NCBI GenBank assembly: GCA_963809485.1
Contig: CAWEJX010000021.1
Location: 50,894 to 114,893, forward strand
Source of the DNA: an uncultured Acidobacteriota bacterium
Lineage (GTDB): Bacteria; Acidobacteriota; UBA6911
Direction of reading: 5' to 3'
DNA length: 64,000 nt
Positions 1 through 9,942 of this stretch are shown here, piece by piece. Both the position numbers and the translations under genes were made by a program. Position 1 is the stretch's first letter, and every line of letters starts with the position of its first letter. A model generated the notes under the pieces. The model was not told where the DNA came from. It saw only the letters and a list, made by a program, of their open reading frames with translations, and ran no database searches.

Positions 1-677
1 ATTGGGTCAGCAATTCCATGAGTTTCGTTGCATATTCCGCTTCAGGTTTCATTGCCTGCATTCTCGCCGACTACATTCGAAGACTTGGTTATCCGGCGCG
101 GGCTCATCATGCACTGAGCTATCAAGTTATTGTGCCGCCCATTCTTTTGTGGGCCGGGCTTGGTGAGGTCAGCCGGATGAGCGAATGTGTTGTCCATCCA
201 TTTATGGGTCCAAGGTTCAAGGCTTCTATTGTAACTACGAATTTGCCCATGCTTTGCGATCGGCCAATCGATTTCGGGCTCCAGGACTTTTGCTCGAAAT
301 GCAAAAAATGCGCGCGCCACTGTCCCTCCGGGGCACTGACCGATGGGAATAAAGTCATGTTTAACGGCTACCAACGCTGGCCATCGGACATGAGGAAATG
401 TACATCCATGCGGGTAGGAAATCAGAGAGGAGCCAGCTGCGGCACCTGTATGATTGTGTGTCCCTGGAACAAACCCTATACACCTCTGCATCGAGCGGCC
501 GGATGGACGGTTCGGCGCTCTTCTCTTGCGCGCACTCTTGCCGTCTGGCTTGATGATGCTTTGGGCTATGGACGTCCGGACCGTTTTAAAAAATGGTGGT
601 GGGATCTTGAGGATGAGGCCGGAGATGGAATACTCAAAATTCCCGGTGAAAGGGAAAATGACTTTCTCTCTCTTTAG
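1..677 (+). CDS. RdhA/QueG-like iron-sulfur protein, C-terminal ~220 aa (5' end off window)
   Basis: ORF 18..677 stays open to position 3. It has two ferredoxin-type cluster motifs, CSKCKKCARHCP and CGTCMIVCPWNKP, in the arrangement I associate with reductive dehalogenase / epoxyqueuosine reductase families (from memory). Confidence 0.6.
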   Translation, partial: WVSNSMSFVAYSASGFIACILADYIRRLGYPARAHHALSYQVIVPPILLWAGLGEVSRMSECVVHPFMGPRFKASIVTTNLPMLCDRPIDFGLQDFCSKCKKCARHCPSGALTDGNKVMFNGYQRWPSDMRKCTSMRVGNQRGASCGTCMIVCPWNKPYTPLHRAAGWTVRRSSLARTLAVWLDDALGYGRPDRFKKWWWDLEDEAGDGILKIPGERENDFLSL

Positions 678-862
678 CCGGTACCAAATGATAATGTCAA
701 TTACAGGGTGCGGCCTGGAAGCCAACAGATCCTGGCGGCACTTAAGGCTTAGCGCTAATGCCCGCAAGCGTTTTGAGCTGGTTGCTCGTCTGAATGGCTG
801 GCGCATCCAGAACACAGCCCAATTCAGTTTGAGTATTGACAATGGAGATGGAGGAATGACCG

Positions 863-1561
863 ATGCCGCAGGAGAACTATGATCGCCTGTTGAACCTCGT
901 GAAACAGCGTCGAACGGTTCGCAGATTCAAACCAGATCCTGTGCCGGAAGGGTGCATTGAGAAGATAATCGAAGTCGCGCGCTGGGCGCCTTCCGGGTTT
1001 CACACGCAACCCTGGGAGTTCGTGGTTGTGAAAAAGAAAGAGGTGAAGGAAGCTATAATTAAGGCTCTCGATAAATACGCCCCACCAATTGCGAAACCCG
1101 AATCCTCAGGACCAAGTATCAATATTTCGCGATCAAGCTTCCGGGATGCGCCGGTATTCATCATCGCTTTAACCGACTGGAGGGCCAAAGCAGGATTGCC
1201 CGGCCATCCGAAAGAGATTAATCCGATGGTCTCGAGCGTCTATACCTCCAGCATGGCCAGCGCATTTCTATATCTGCACCTTGCAGCAACGTCTCTGGGT
1301 TTGGCCTCACAATGGTATACGGCCGCGTCACGCCCTGAGGCAGAACTAGAGATCAGAAATATCATTGGCTTTCCGGAAGCCTTGTCCATCTATGACATGA
1401 TGGTCCTTAGCTACCCTGCCGCTCCGCCGAATCCGAAGAAATTAAGAAACCTTGCGGGAATGATCCATTATGACAATTGCGGCCCGCAGGATTTCCGTAC
1501 CGACGAGCAGGTTCTCGTGGATGTTCAAAAGACCTGGGATTGGTGCATGTCCGAACACTAA
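863..1561 (+). CDS. nitroreductase family protein
   Basis: 232 aa with an N-terminal RRTVRRF...ARWAPSGFHTQPWEF signature. GGAGG lies about 7 nt upstream of the ATG. Confidence 0.8.
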   Translation: MPQENYDRLLNLVKQRRTVRRFKPDPVPEGCIEKIIEVARWAPSGFHTQPWEFVVVKKKEVKEAIIKALDKYAPPIAKPESSGPSINISRSSFRDAPVFIIALTDWRAKAGLPGHPKEINPMVSSVYTSSMASAFLYLHLAATSLGLASQWYTAASRPEAELEIRNIIGFPEALSIYDMMVLSYPAAPPNPKKLRNLAGMIHYDNCGPQDFRTDEQVLVDVQKTWDWCMSEH

Positions 1562-1622
1562 ATCAATGCATAAAATTTTATCGAATCTGTCTTTTTCAAA
1601 AGCATAGTTTGAGGAGGAAGGA

Positions 1623-2264
1623 ATGAAGGTACTGGGAATTTCTGGAAGTCCCCGAAAAGATCAATCGACCGATCAACTGGTACAAGCAGTGTTGGCCGGT
1701 GTCGGTCTGGAAACTGAGTTCGTCTCCTTGGCGGGCAAGCGAATCGGTCCCTGCATCGCATGTCTTGGATGCGTTCAGGACAACATCTGCAAGGTAAAGG
1801 ATGATATACAGGAACTGCGGCAAAAGATCGTCGAGGCAAACGCATATGTTATCGGCGGCGCAAATTATTTTTCTATGCTCAACGGTTTGACACACTGCTT
1901 CCTGGAACGTTTCTATCAATTCCGCCATCAGGAAGGCAAGGCGGTGGCTGGAAAACTCGGTGTTGCCGTGGGGATAGGAGGTAGCTCAGGGGACCTGGTT
2001 GTAGAAAACATCAAGACATTTTTCCAGTACAACCAGATTGAATGCATTGGCACAGTATCGGCTCAAGGTCCGGCATCGTGCTTTGTCTGTGGATACGGCG
2101 AGACCTGCAAAGTCGGGGCGATTCAGATGTTCTTCGGACCTGGAACAAAAATAACTCCGGAAATCACACCGAGTCTATCGAAGCAGCCGGCCAAGCTTAC
2201 AGATGCCATGACATTGGGAAATCTTCTCGGAAAGCGCTTGCGTGGTTTCGCCTCCGGCACATAA
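1623..2264 (+). CDS. flavodoxin-fold FMN reductase / iron-sulfur flavoprotein-like protein
   Basis: Starts MKVLGISGSPRK, carries a CIACLGC cysteine motif, and has a GAGGAGGAAGG RBS directly upstream. Confidence 0.7.
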   Translation: MKVLGISGSPRKDQSTDQLVQAVLAGVGLETEFVSLAGKRIGPCIACLGCVQDNICKVKDDIQELRQKIVEANAYVIGGANYFSMLNGLTHCFLERFYQFRHQEGKAVAGKLGVAVGIGGSSGDLVVENIKTFFQYNQIECIGTVSAQGPASCFVCGYGETCKVGAIQMFFGPGTKITPEITPSLSKQPAKLTDAMTLGNLLGKRLRGFASGT

Positions 2265-2521
2265 ACCGTCGACACGTGGTCTGTACATAATATCGATTGT
2301 TAGCCACAAACATGCAGCAGGTTCAGACATCGCTGAAATACCGAAGATAATCGGCGCTTGCCGATACCGCGCAAGTGTTCAGTGGGATGAATTTGTGCAA
2401 CCGATCAGATAGTCGGTCGTTCTTTGGAGGTGCTCTATGAAGCCAAATGCAGGCAATGTCGCCCGGGAAAAGTGAGTAAGCGCCACTAATCAAGAGAATG
2501 AGCTTTCGCCAAGTTTGACTA

Positions 2522-3052
2522 TCAGGATTGAGCGCCTTTCAGATATTGCCTCTGAATAATGCCAAGGTGATACCGTTCGTGGCCCAGCATCATGTATCCC
2601 AGAGCACGGACTGAAAATAAGAAATCGGAGACTTTCCCTGCCCTGTCCCACGCCTCTGGAGGGAGATGCCGGAGCATTGATACATGAGATCGGCGGATCA
2701 GCGAGAACTCGTCCAATAGCTCTCCAATGCTATATCGGCCAAAACCACCGTTTCTGACGTACAGCTCTTGATCTGCGAGCTGCAATATTGCTTCATCGCC
2801 CCGGGCAAAACAGAGCAGCCGGTAGCCCAAAATGCGTTCCGTATCCACAATGTGGCCCACGACTTGCCGGATTGTCCACTTTCCGGGCGCATAGCGGGTG
2901 TCCGCCGTAGCCTCACTGATTGCGCCGAAGAGGGCCCCTGTCTCTTCAATCTGCTTAGCCAAAGCCTTTGGCAGGTCAGCTTCAGGCACAAGGTCGATGT
3001 ATCTGCTGTAGCGGGGGTTGTACTCTGAAGCAGCTGGACGCCGTTTATTCAT
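2522..3052 (-). CDS. DinB family protein
   Basis: ORF 2522..3076. An internal ATG at 3052 (MNKRRPAASEYN...) has an AAGGAA upstream. The WTIRQVVGHIVDTERI and HERYHLG histidine motifs are typical of the DinB_2 fold. Confidence 0.65.
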   Translation of the reverse strand: MNKRRPAASEYNPRYSRYIDLVPEADLPKALAKQIEETGALFGAISEATADTRYAPGKWTIRQVVGHIVDTERILGYRLLCFARGDEAILQLADQELYVRNGGFGRYSIGELLDEFSLIRRSHVSMLRHLPPEAWDRAGKVSDFLFSVRALGYMMLGHERYHLGIIQRQYLKGAQS

Positions 3053-3226
3053 AGTATTCCTTTCAAAAATCCACAAAGCGGGCAGGCAGCAATACGGTCT
3101 TGATTATTGCAGGATGGCGAAACAAACAGGAGTTGCTGATGAAATCCCCCAATGCAACCGATCTTCGCGGCTTCTTGCAGGGAGGGCCCGGAATCAATTA
3201 GGCAGCTTATTCCGGCTATCCTTTGC

Positions 3227-5310
3227 CTAGCCCGAGTTTACCACCCGTAGGCGGCAAAATTCCATTTTGATCAGCATTGAAGCCCCTGCAAGCAACATAT
3301 TATGTATGACCTAACTATAATCCATTTATACCTCCACGACGACCGCCTGGCATTGCCGCCAGCCACGCAGTAATATTGTCGCAAAGCACTGAACTATTTC
3401 CTAAGAATATCTTTCTGTAATGCCTAATTTATCAAGACATCCGCATTTCTTTGATACTATATATTGGGCCTTCAGGCAATCTGCACAACAATATCTTGAC
3501 ATCACGAGTAAAATATTGTATGACCTAACCATGGCAAGCTTGACCAAGAAGTTCATCAAGGGAAGGCCCTACTACTACCTGCGGGAGTGCCGCCGTGTGG
3601 GCGGCAAGCCCAAAATCGTCTGGCAGGAATATATCGGCACGCCCCAACAGCTGACCCTGAGGCTCACCAACCCCAGACCCCAGGAAATCATCGTCCGGGA
3701 ATTTGGCGCTTCCGCCGCAACCTTCGATATGGCCCAAAAACTGGAGGTCGTTTCCATTATTGACCGTCACGTCCCCAAGGAGGGGAACCAGGGGCCTTCG
3801 GTCGGCGAGTATCTGCTGGTTGCTTGCCTCAACCGTTGCATGGCGCCCTGCAGCAAGGCGAAAACCGGCGAATGGTATGACAAAACCGTACTTCCCCGCC
3901 TGCTTGGCATCAAGAGTTCCCAGCTTTCCAGCCAGCGCTTCTGGGACAATATGAATCGGGTCAATCAACCGGAAATCGGCAAGATCGAGGCGGATATCTC
4001 CGCAGTCGCGGTATCCCGATTCGGCCTGGACCTGAAATGCCTGCTTTTTGATGCCACCAACTTTTTCACCTTTATCGACAGCTTCAACGATCGGGCGAAA
4101 CTGCCGCAGCGCGGCCATGGTAAAGAAGGGCGGGACAATTTGCGCATTATCGGCTTGGCCCTTTTGGTCACCTCCGACGGCGACGTCCCTCTGTTTCATT
4201 GCACTTACGCGGGCAACCAGCACGACTCGGTGACATTCTCCAGCGTAGCCGAGGATTTGGCTGACCGCTGCCGGAAGCTGTCCGAGGGTGTCTGTGACAT
4301 TACGCTCGTCTTCGACAAGGGGAATAACTCCAAGGAGAACCTGGATGCCGTCAACGCCGGGCCCTACCACTTCGTCGGATCTCTGGTTCCCAGCCAGCAT
4401 CCGCAACTCCTGCGCATCTCTCGAGACGAGATGCATCGATTGGACAAAAGCCTGCTGCCTTCCGTCTGGAGCTACCGAACGCAAAAAGAGGTCTTTGGGA
4501 TCCGGCGTACCGTCTTGGTCACATACAACCGCGAGCTTTACCGGGCACAGGTCAAGACTCTGAGGCGCGAAATCGCAAAACGCCGGCGCAAACTGCAGCA
4601 ACTGCAGCTGTCTCTCCAACGCCATAGCGGTCCGAACTCCCGAGGGAAGAAACCCACGCTGCAGGGAAGCCGCAACCGCGTTCAAAGTATTCTTGCAGGC
4701 CGCCACATGACCCAACTCTTTTCTGCCAAAGTGATCCTGGGCAAGGATCAGATCCCTCGGCTCCGATGGGCTTTCAGAGATCGAGAATGGGATCGATTGG
4801 ATCGAACCCTTCTGGGCAAAACAATCCTGTTCACGGATCGGGAAGAATGGACCGACGAACAGATCGTGTTGGCCTATCGGAGCCAATCTCACGTGGAAGC
4901 AGCATTCCGCCGCATGAAAGATCCCCGGTTCCTTGCCTTCCGTCCCACGCATCATTGGACCGATCAAAAGCTCCGAGTCCATGCTTTTTATTGCGTGCTG
5001 GCTTTAATGATAACGAGCCTGCTATGCCGCAAGCTCGCACAAGCTGGGATCCGCATGAGCATTGCGCGCATGATGGAACGGCTGAAAGACATCAATGAAG
5101 TGGTGAATCTATATCCAACCCCAAAGGGTGCGGAACCGCGCATGCAAGTCGACCTGTCACAACAGGACGCGGAACAAGCCGCCATTCTGAAAGCCCTCGA
5201 TCTGGCTCGGTACGTCTCAAATTAGGTCATACGTTTCGGGATCACTCGCAGCCGCTTCAATACTGATCAAAATGGAATTTTGCCGCCTACAGGTGGTAAA
5301 CTCGGGCTAG
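3227..5310 (+). mobile_element. IS1634-family insertion sequence, apparently intact
   Basis: The 48-bp terminal inverted repeats 3227..3274 and 5263..5310 match at 47 of 48 positions by eye. They enclose a single long transposase ORF. CTAG sits at both outer tips. Confidence 0.8.
3531..5225 (+). CDS. IS1634 family (IS4-like DDE) transposase
   Basis: ORF 3420..5225; likely start MASLTKKFIKGRPYYYLRECRRVGGKPKIVWQEYIG, an N terminus typical of IS1634 transposases. TTGACA-N17-TATGAC lies upstream. Confidence 0.8.
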   Translation: MASLTKKFIKGRPYYYLRECRRVGGKPKIVWQEYIGTPQQLTLRLTNPRPQEIIVREFGASAATFDMAQKLEVVSIIDRHVPKEGNQGPSVGEYLLVACLNRCMAPCSKAKTGEWYDKTVLPRLLGIKSSQLSSQRFWDNMNRVNQPEIGKIEADISAVAVSRFGLDLKCLLFDATNFFTFIDSFNDRAKLPQRGHGKEGRDNLRIIGLALLVTSDGDVPLFHCTYAGNQHDSVTFSSVAEDLADRCRKLSEGVCDITLVFDKGNNSKENLDAVNAGPYHFVGSLVPSQHPQLLRISRDEMHRLDKSLLPSVWSYRTQKEVFGIRRTVLVTYNRELYRAQVKTLRREIAKRRRKLQQLQLSLQRHSGPNSRGKKPTLQGSRNRVQSILAGRHMTQLFSAKVILGKDQIPRLRWAFRDREWDRLDRTLLGKTILFTDREEWTDEQIVLAYRSQSHVEAAFRRMKDPRFLAFRPTHHWTDQKLRVHAFYCVLALMITSLLCRKLAQAGIRMSIARMMERLKDINEVVNLYPTPKGAEPRMQVDLSQQDAEQAAILKALDLARYVSN

Positions 5311-5393
5311 AATTAGGATTGTAATACCGAAGCCTCGTTTTAACGTGGAATTCCTTTGAATATCCCGAAGACCCAGCAGGCTAGTCCATGATT

Positions 5394-6581
5394 TTAATTT
5401 TTGCCTGTTCTGTCGAGCGTATCGTAGAGCGGCTGCGCCGGGAATGCCTGGGCGAGTTCGCCGGATACCGTAACGGCCAGCACACGGATCTTTTCGTTAT
5501 TCGGCAGCCTGAGCGTCTTTACGCCTGCCATCAGGTCCAGCTCATAGGCAAACAAATACGAGTAGGCATACGCTTCGTTCGCGCCGTCCGACGTATGCCG
5601 ATGGGATGCGAACCATGCCACCGGGGTACGTTTGATATAACCCGGTGTGAGGCTTTCGTACTCCTGGACAGTCAGTTTGAATCCCGGCTGTTCGTATGGA
5701 AAAGTGTATTTCGCCTCTTTCATAACACGCTTGTCCCACTGACCGATGTAGCCGCTCCAATCCTGTACTGTCAACTCAAATGTTTTCTCGCCTGTGTAAA
5801 AAACGCCTTTCTGATCCCCGTCGGCGGCGGCCAGCAAAAACAGGCGCGTGAATTTCCCGTCGGGCAACGCGATGATCTGCCCGCGCGCGACGACGGCATT
5901 GCGTTCCAAAGCGGGCGCAAGCCGGAAGCGGATTCCGCCGAATACCAGATCGGATGGAAGCATCTCGGCCGGAAAAGTGCGGCCAGCATCGTCAAAACCG
6001 CCATTTGATTTTGTAGCGTCAAGGCCGGCAGTGGCCTGGTCGCAAGCCAAGACGACCGGCTGAAAGTGCGGCATCGTGAGTTTTGCATCCGTCCTCGCCA
6101 ATTTGACGGCGAATGTGCGCACCTGATAAGGCGTGAAGCTCAAAATCAGCTCGCCGCTATCCACCGATGCTGTGCCCAACGGCTGTTCCTGGCCGTTCAC
6201 TTCGCGCGCAGATCCTATGGGCGCTGCAAAGGCGAGGCGCAAGTTCTGCTGATGCCTGCCATCAGGTTCGACCAAACGGACAATAATATCGTCGCTTCCT
6301 TCAGCCTTTTTGATCGCCAGAACGCGCACGCGAGGGCTGCTAAGATTCAGAAGCGAGAAGCTTTTGCCGAGCGCGCCCTCATGGCTCGCAGTAGTGAACG
6401 CAATCAGCGGCTGCTCGAGCCGCCACGCCTGCCAGTCGCTCTGCTCGCGTCGCCAATCACCGGTGTGTCCCGCCAGTCCGTATAGAATTTCATGCCGCCC
6501 CCAGTCCTGAGTGGCCATCCCGGAAGCAATGGCCCTGACAGCGCTGGTTAGAACGCCTGCGAACTGGTTCAGCGCCAGCAC
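5394..6581 (-). pseudogene. C-terminal remnant of a GH38 alpha-mannosidase-like protein (catalytic N-terminal part absent)
   Basis: The 395 aa match GH38 C-terminal domains (ILYGLAGHTGDW..., IVRLVEPDGR..., FTPYQVRTFAVKL) plus an extra C-terminal domain. Only ~120 bp separate it from the upstream kinase gene, so about 600 aa of a normal GH38 enzyme are missing. Confidence 0.55.
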
Positions 6582-6702
6582 TTCGTCGTTCCAGGAATAT
6601 TCCTAAGCTTTTGGGATGCTGGTGCCACTCAGGGTGTTGCTTTAATGCTTTGGGAAATCTTGGTTGCTACGAGAACGCCACTGCGGGATCTATGACTTCC
6701 CC

Positions 6703-9384
6703 TTACTTGACCGGGACCCGTTGCTTCAGTTCTTCAAACCAGTTGAGGACGATGGTGATCCTTGGTCGTACAACTTCCTCCGCAGAGGAGGCAGCCCTAG
6801 GCTGTTTTATCATCAGGAATCGTTTGCCATCCGGATGAATGTCCCAAGGGGTTCCTGTATATAGGCCATAGCCAAGATTCTCGTTCTTAAAAAGCATTTT
6901 GGGAGTCTGGAAGCCGAGGGTAGGCTCGGTTTCCACCACCACTGCCATTATGTGATTATCTTCACTTAAATAAAATAATTGCCGCCCATCCGGCGACCAT
7001 AGCGGGCTGGTCCCGCCTTGAGTGGAGGCCGACCATTTTCCGCCGGTCACATCCGGAAATGGACGCACATAGATCTCATTCCGGCCGGACTCGTTGGATG
7101 TATAGGCTATCCATCGGCTATTAGGTGAGATTTTAGGCTGAGTCTCTCCATACTCTGATTGCAGGAGCGGCTTTTTCCAGTGATCCTTTTCCATTGATAG
7201 CATACTAATATCCAAATTCGTCCACGTGACCACTTCCTGCATCAGCAGGGTTTTTCCGTCGTTTGCCCATGAGAATGGGTGCAACTGCCCGTCGGGTGCA
7301 GAAATGACTTTCTCGGCCTCCCCAGTGCCGTCGGCGGCTTTCAGAAACACGCCGTTGGGACTTGCTCCAGCAGTATCGGCCCAATAGGCAATCCATTTGC
7401 CGTCCGGGCTCCAAATGGGCAACATCTCCCGAGTTTTTTCAAAGGTCAGCTTTGTAAGATTCTTGCGTGCAGTGTCCCAGATCCAAATATCCTCATTAGG
7501 AGTATTCCCGACCGAGACAGCCACCCGCTTCCCATCGGGCGAAATCTTGGGATATGCATAAAAATTCGGCGGTGTTCCGAGGGATTCTTCCTTTCCTTCT
7601 TTATCAACCCATACCAGAGTTCGCCTTCCCGCTGGCCCTGCTCCGGTTCGAGGCGGCGTCGGGATATAAACAAGCGTTCCCGATTCGGAAATGTCGGCAA
7701 AGGATACATCATCAAGCAGAGGAACCGGTTCGCCTGCGACCCCTAGTCTGTCAAGATTAAAGGGAATGGCATAAACAGTGGTGATATCGGGCGGCTGATA
7801 AATGAGGTATCCATTTGGAAGATATTGGACAACCTCGCCCGGCAACAGCTCTTTCTGCCCTCCTGATTTTAGCTGCCGAACCATTATTCTTGGTTTCTGA
7901 AAGCCAACATTATATGCGGTGTACAGCAGCGATTTCCCATCCTGCAAAATTTGCGGAGACACAAGATTATCGGATCCTGTTTTGACAAGTGACTCCGGTG
8001 TCCCACCGCCGGCGGGAATTCGCATAATGCCGTTTGGAATCGCGCCAAATACAATCATGTCATCCGCACCCCAACTCGCGCCTGCCATTCCCACCCCGCC
8101 AACGTCACACAATGAAACCGGAGCGCCCCCATTGATCGATATTTTTTTCAATTGCCGATCATCGACAGAGAAGTATCCGATCCATTTGCCGTCGGGGGAG
8201 AAGAACGGCTGCCTTGTATCTCCCTCGCTTCCGGCAATAGGCCTGGAGGTTAATTCGTTTACCGAACGTAGGAACAGTCCCTTTGATGTACTGTAAACGA
8301 ATTGCATGCCGTCCGGCGACACGGCAAGAGGCCGACCGGTGAGTTGCTGGCCATCCGGCAGTTCGTGGTCGAAACGGATAACCTGCCGTGATTCGGGTGC
8401 TCTCCTGTTCCAGATAACCAATCCCACGAGGATCGATGCAATGGCAACTGCGGCAGCAATTCCTAGCATTGAATGGGATCTTCTCCGCGTTTCTGCCATT
8501 CCTAAGGGCTGTGCGAATACGCCGCTAGGATCAGCCAAAACCTTCTGAGCGTCTATCCGAACGTCTGAGATGTCATGATATCGGTCCCTTAATTCTTTCT
8601 TTAGGCAGCGTTCCAATACTTCCCGCAAACGGCCGTGCAGATTCGCCGGAAGGCTGTTCCACTCCGGTTCTGAACGGATGACTGCTGCAAGAGTGTCGGT
8701 CACATCCTTGCCCGAGAACGCCGCACGTCCTGTCACCATCTCGAACAAAACACAGCCAAACGCCCAGATGTCCGTCCGCTTGTCCACGGACTTCCCTCTG
8801 GCCTGTTCTGGGGACATATAGGCCGCCGTGCCAAGAATTACGCCTTGCATGGTGGCCATGTCGCTCAGCGTAGGGGAATTGGATAGATTCAGCTCCACTT
8901 GTTCCCCAGTAAATGCCTTCGCCAATCCAAAGTCCAACACCTTCACTTTTCCTTCAGGCGTGACTTTGATATTGGCAGGCTTGAGGTCGCGGTGGATCAC
9001 TCCCTTTTCGTGCGCAGCTTCGAGAGCCTCCGCGATCTGCAACGCGAGTTTCAGGGATTCTTCAACGGGGACCGGACCCGCTTTTATCCGATCCGCAAGC
9101 GTATCGCCTTCAACCAATTCAAGGATGAGGAAGTTGGTTCTGCCGGATTCCTCCAAGCCATAGATGGCGGCGATGTTCGGGTGATTCAGGGAGGCAAGGA
9201 GTTTCGCTTCACGCTGGAACCGAGCGACACGGTCGGCGTCCTTGGCAAACTCTTCCGGCAGCACCTTGATCGCCACGTCCCGGCCGAGCCTGCTATCTTT
9301 CGCCCGGTAAACCTCGCCCATGCCGCCTTTGCCGATTTTTTCCACAATGCTGTAGTGCGAAAGGCTTTGACCGATTTCGGGCAT
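6703..9384 (-). CDS. Ser/Thr protein kinase with TM segment and TolB/PD40-like beta-propeller C-terminal region
   Basis: 893 aa. Kinase motifs present: GKGGMGEVYRAKD, HRDLKPANI, DFGLAK, SPEQ. A hydrophobic segment (IAAAVAIASILVGLVIW) is followed by repeated SPDGK/WSPDG propeller motifs. Confidence 0.85.
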   Translation of the reverse strand: MPEIGQSLSHYSIVEKIGKGGMGEVYRAKDSRLGRDVAIKVLPEEFAKDADRVARFQREAKLLASLNHPNIAAIYGLEESGRTNFLILELVEGDTLADRIKAGPVPVEESLKLALQIAEALEAAHEKGVIHRDLKPANIKVTPEGKVKVLDFGLAKAFTGEQVELNLSNSPTLSDMATMQGVILGTAAYMSPEQARGKSVDKRTDIWAFGCVLFEMVTGRAAFSGKDVTDTLAAVIRSEPEWNSLPANLHGRLREVLERCLKKELRDRYHDISDVRIDAQKVLADPSGVFAQPLGMAETRRRSHSMLGIAAAVAIASILVGLVIWNRRAPESRQVIRFDHELPDGQQLTGRPLAVSPDGMQFVYSTSKGLFLRSVNELTSRPIAGSEGDTRQPFFSPDGKWIGYFSVDDRQLKKISINGGAPVSLCDVGGVGMAGASWGADDMIVFGAIPNGIMRIPAGGGTPESLVKTGSDNLVSPQILQDGKSLLYTAYNVGFQKPRIMVRQLKSGGQKELLPGEVVQYLPNGYLIYQPPDITTVYAIPFNLDRLGVAGEPVPLLDDVSFADISESGTLVYIPTPPRTGAGPAGRRTLVWVDKEGKEESLGTPPNFYAYPKISPDGKRVAVSVGNTPNEDIWIWDTARKNLTKLTFEKTREMLPIWSPDGKWIAYWADTAGASPNGVFLKAADGTGEAEKVISAPDGQLHPFSWANDGKTLLMQEVVTWTNLDISMLSMEKDHWKKPLLQSEYGETQPKISPNSRWIAYTSNESGRNEIYVRPFPDVTGGKWSASTQGGTSPLWSPDGRQLFYLSEDNHIMAVVVETEPTLGFQTPKMLFKNENLGYGLYTGTPWDIHPDGKRFLMIKQPRAASSAEEVVRPRITIVLNWFEELKQRVPVK

Positions 9385-9645
9385 GTGTCCCTCTGCCGAA
9401 AGAAAGACCTACCTGCTGCCTGGCTGTGCGTTGGAAACTCTGGGGACATTATATGCGGCCAGGGCTGGTGGGAGAAAGGGAAATACTGGTGGGGTGTCTC
9501 CTCTCGCGCTAAGGATATAACGGATTGGCTGCCGCTCCAGCTTAAGGGCCGTCTATCCGAGCTCCGGTGCGCCTGGTTTCACGCATCGAACCGTTGCGGA
9601 TAACATATAATGTGCAATCTTCGATGCTTTGGGGCTATTTGCAGG

Positions 9646-9942
9646 TCAGTGCTGTCCAAATTGGCCCATTGGAAGCAGAGGGCTCATTGAAAGCATTCAA
9701 CTTGTGGCTCATGAAGTGCCCCTGCAAGGACGAGGTTGGCACCAAGCCCCGGTAGGGGCGGAAAGAAAATAGCCAGGGATGAGCGGAGCGAATCCCTGGT
9801 TCCTATGGCGAAGAAAAGAGCCCTGGGAAGGGCGAAAGACTATATGTTATCACGCCCTTCCAGGGCTCTCCTCTTGCCGATTCTCACCAGGGGTTCGCTC
9901 CGCTCACCCCTGGCTATTTTCTGATCGCCCCTTGCGGGGCTT
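9646..9942 (+). repeat. ~295-nt hairpin-rich repeat, copy 1 (inverted partner at 17843..18137)
   Basis: Nearly identical to the reverse complement of 17843..18137. It contains a 30-bp outer stem (agccagggatgagcggagcgaatccctggt / accaggggttcgctccgctcacccctggct) around an inner imperfect hairpin, then a short GC hairpin. Confidence 0.8.

Noticed and set aside
9646-9942. The idea that the 295-nt element is a retron msr/msd, an IS110 bridge RNA or a TnpB/IscB omega RNA.
   Set aside because: No reverse transcriptase, IS110-type recombinase, TnpB or IscB gene is adjacent to either copy. The only recombinase nearby is a truncated serine recombinase. I cannot exclude trans-acting partners elsewhere in the genome.
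9923-9942. The GC hairpin gccccttgcggggc (and gggcctccggccc at 17845..17857) as intrinsic terminators.
   Set aside because: Neither hairpin is followed by a U-tract on either strand.
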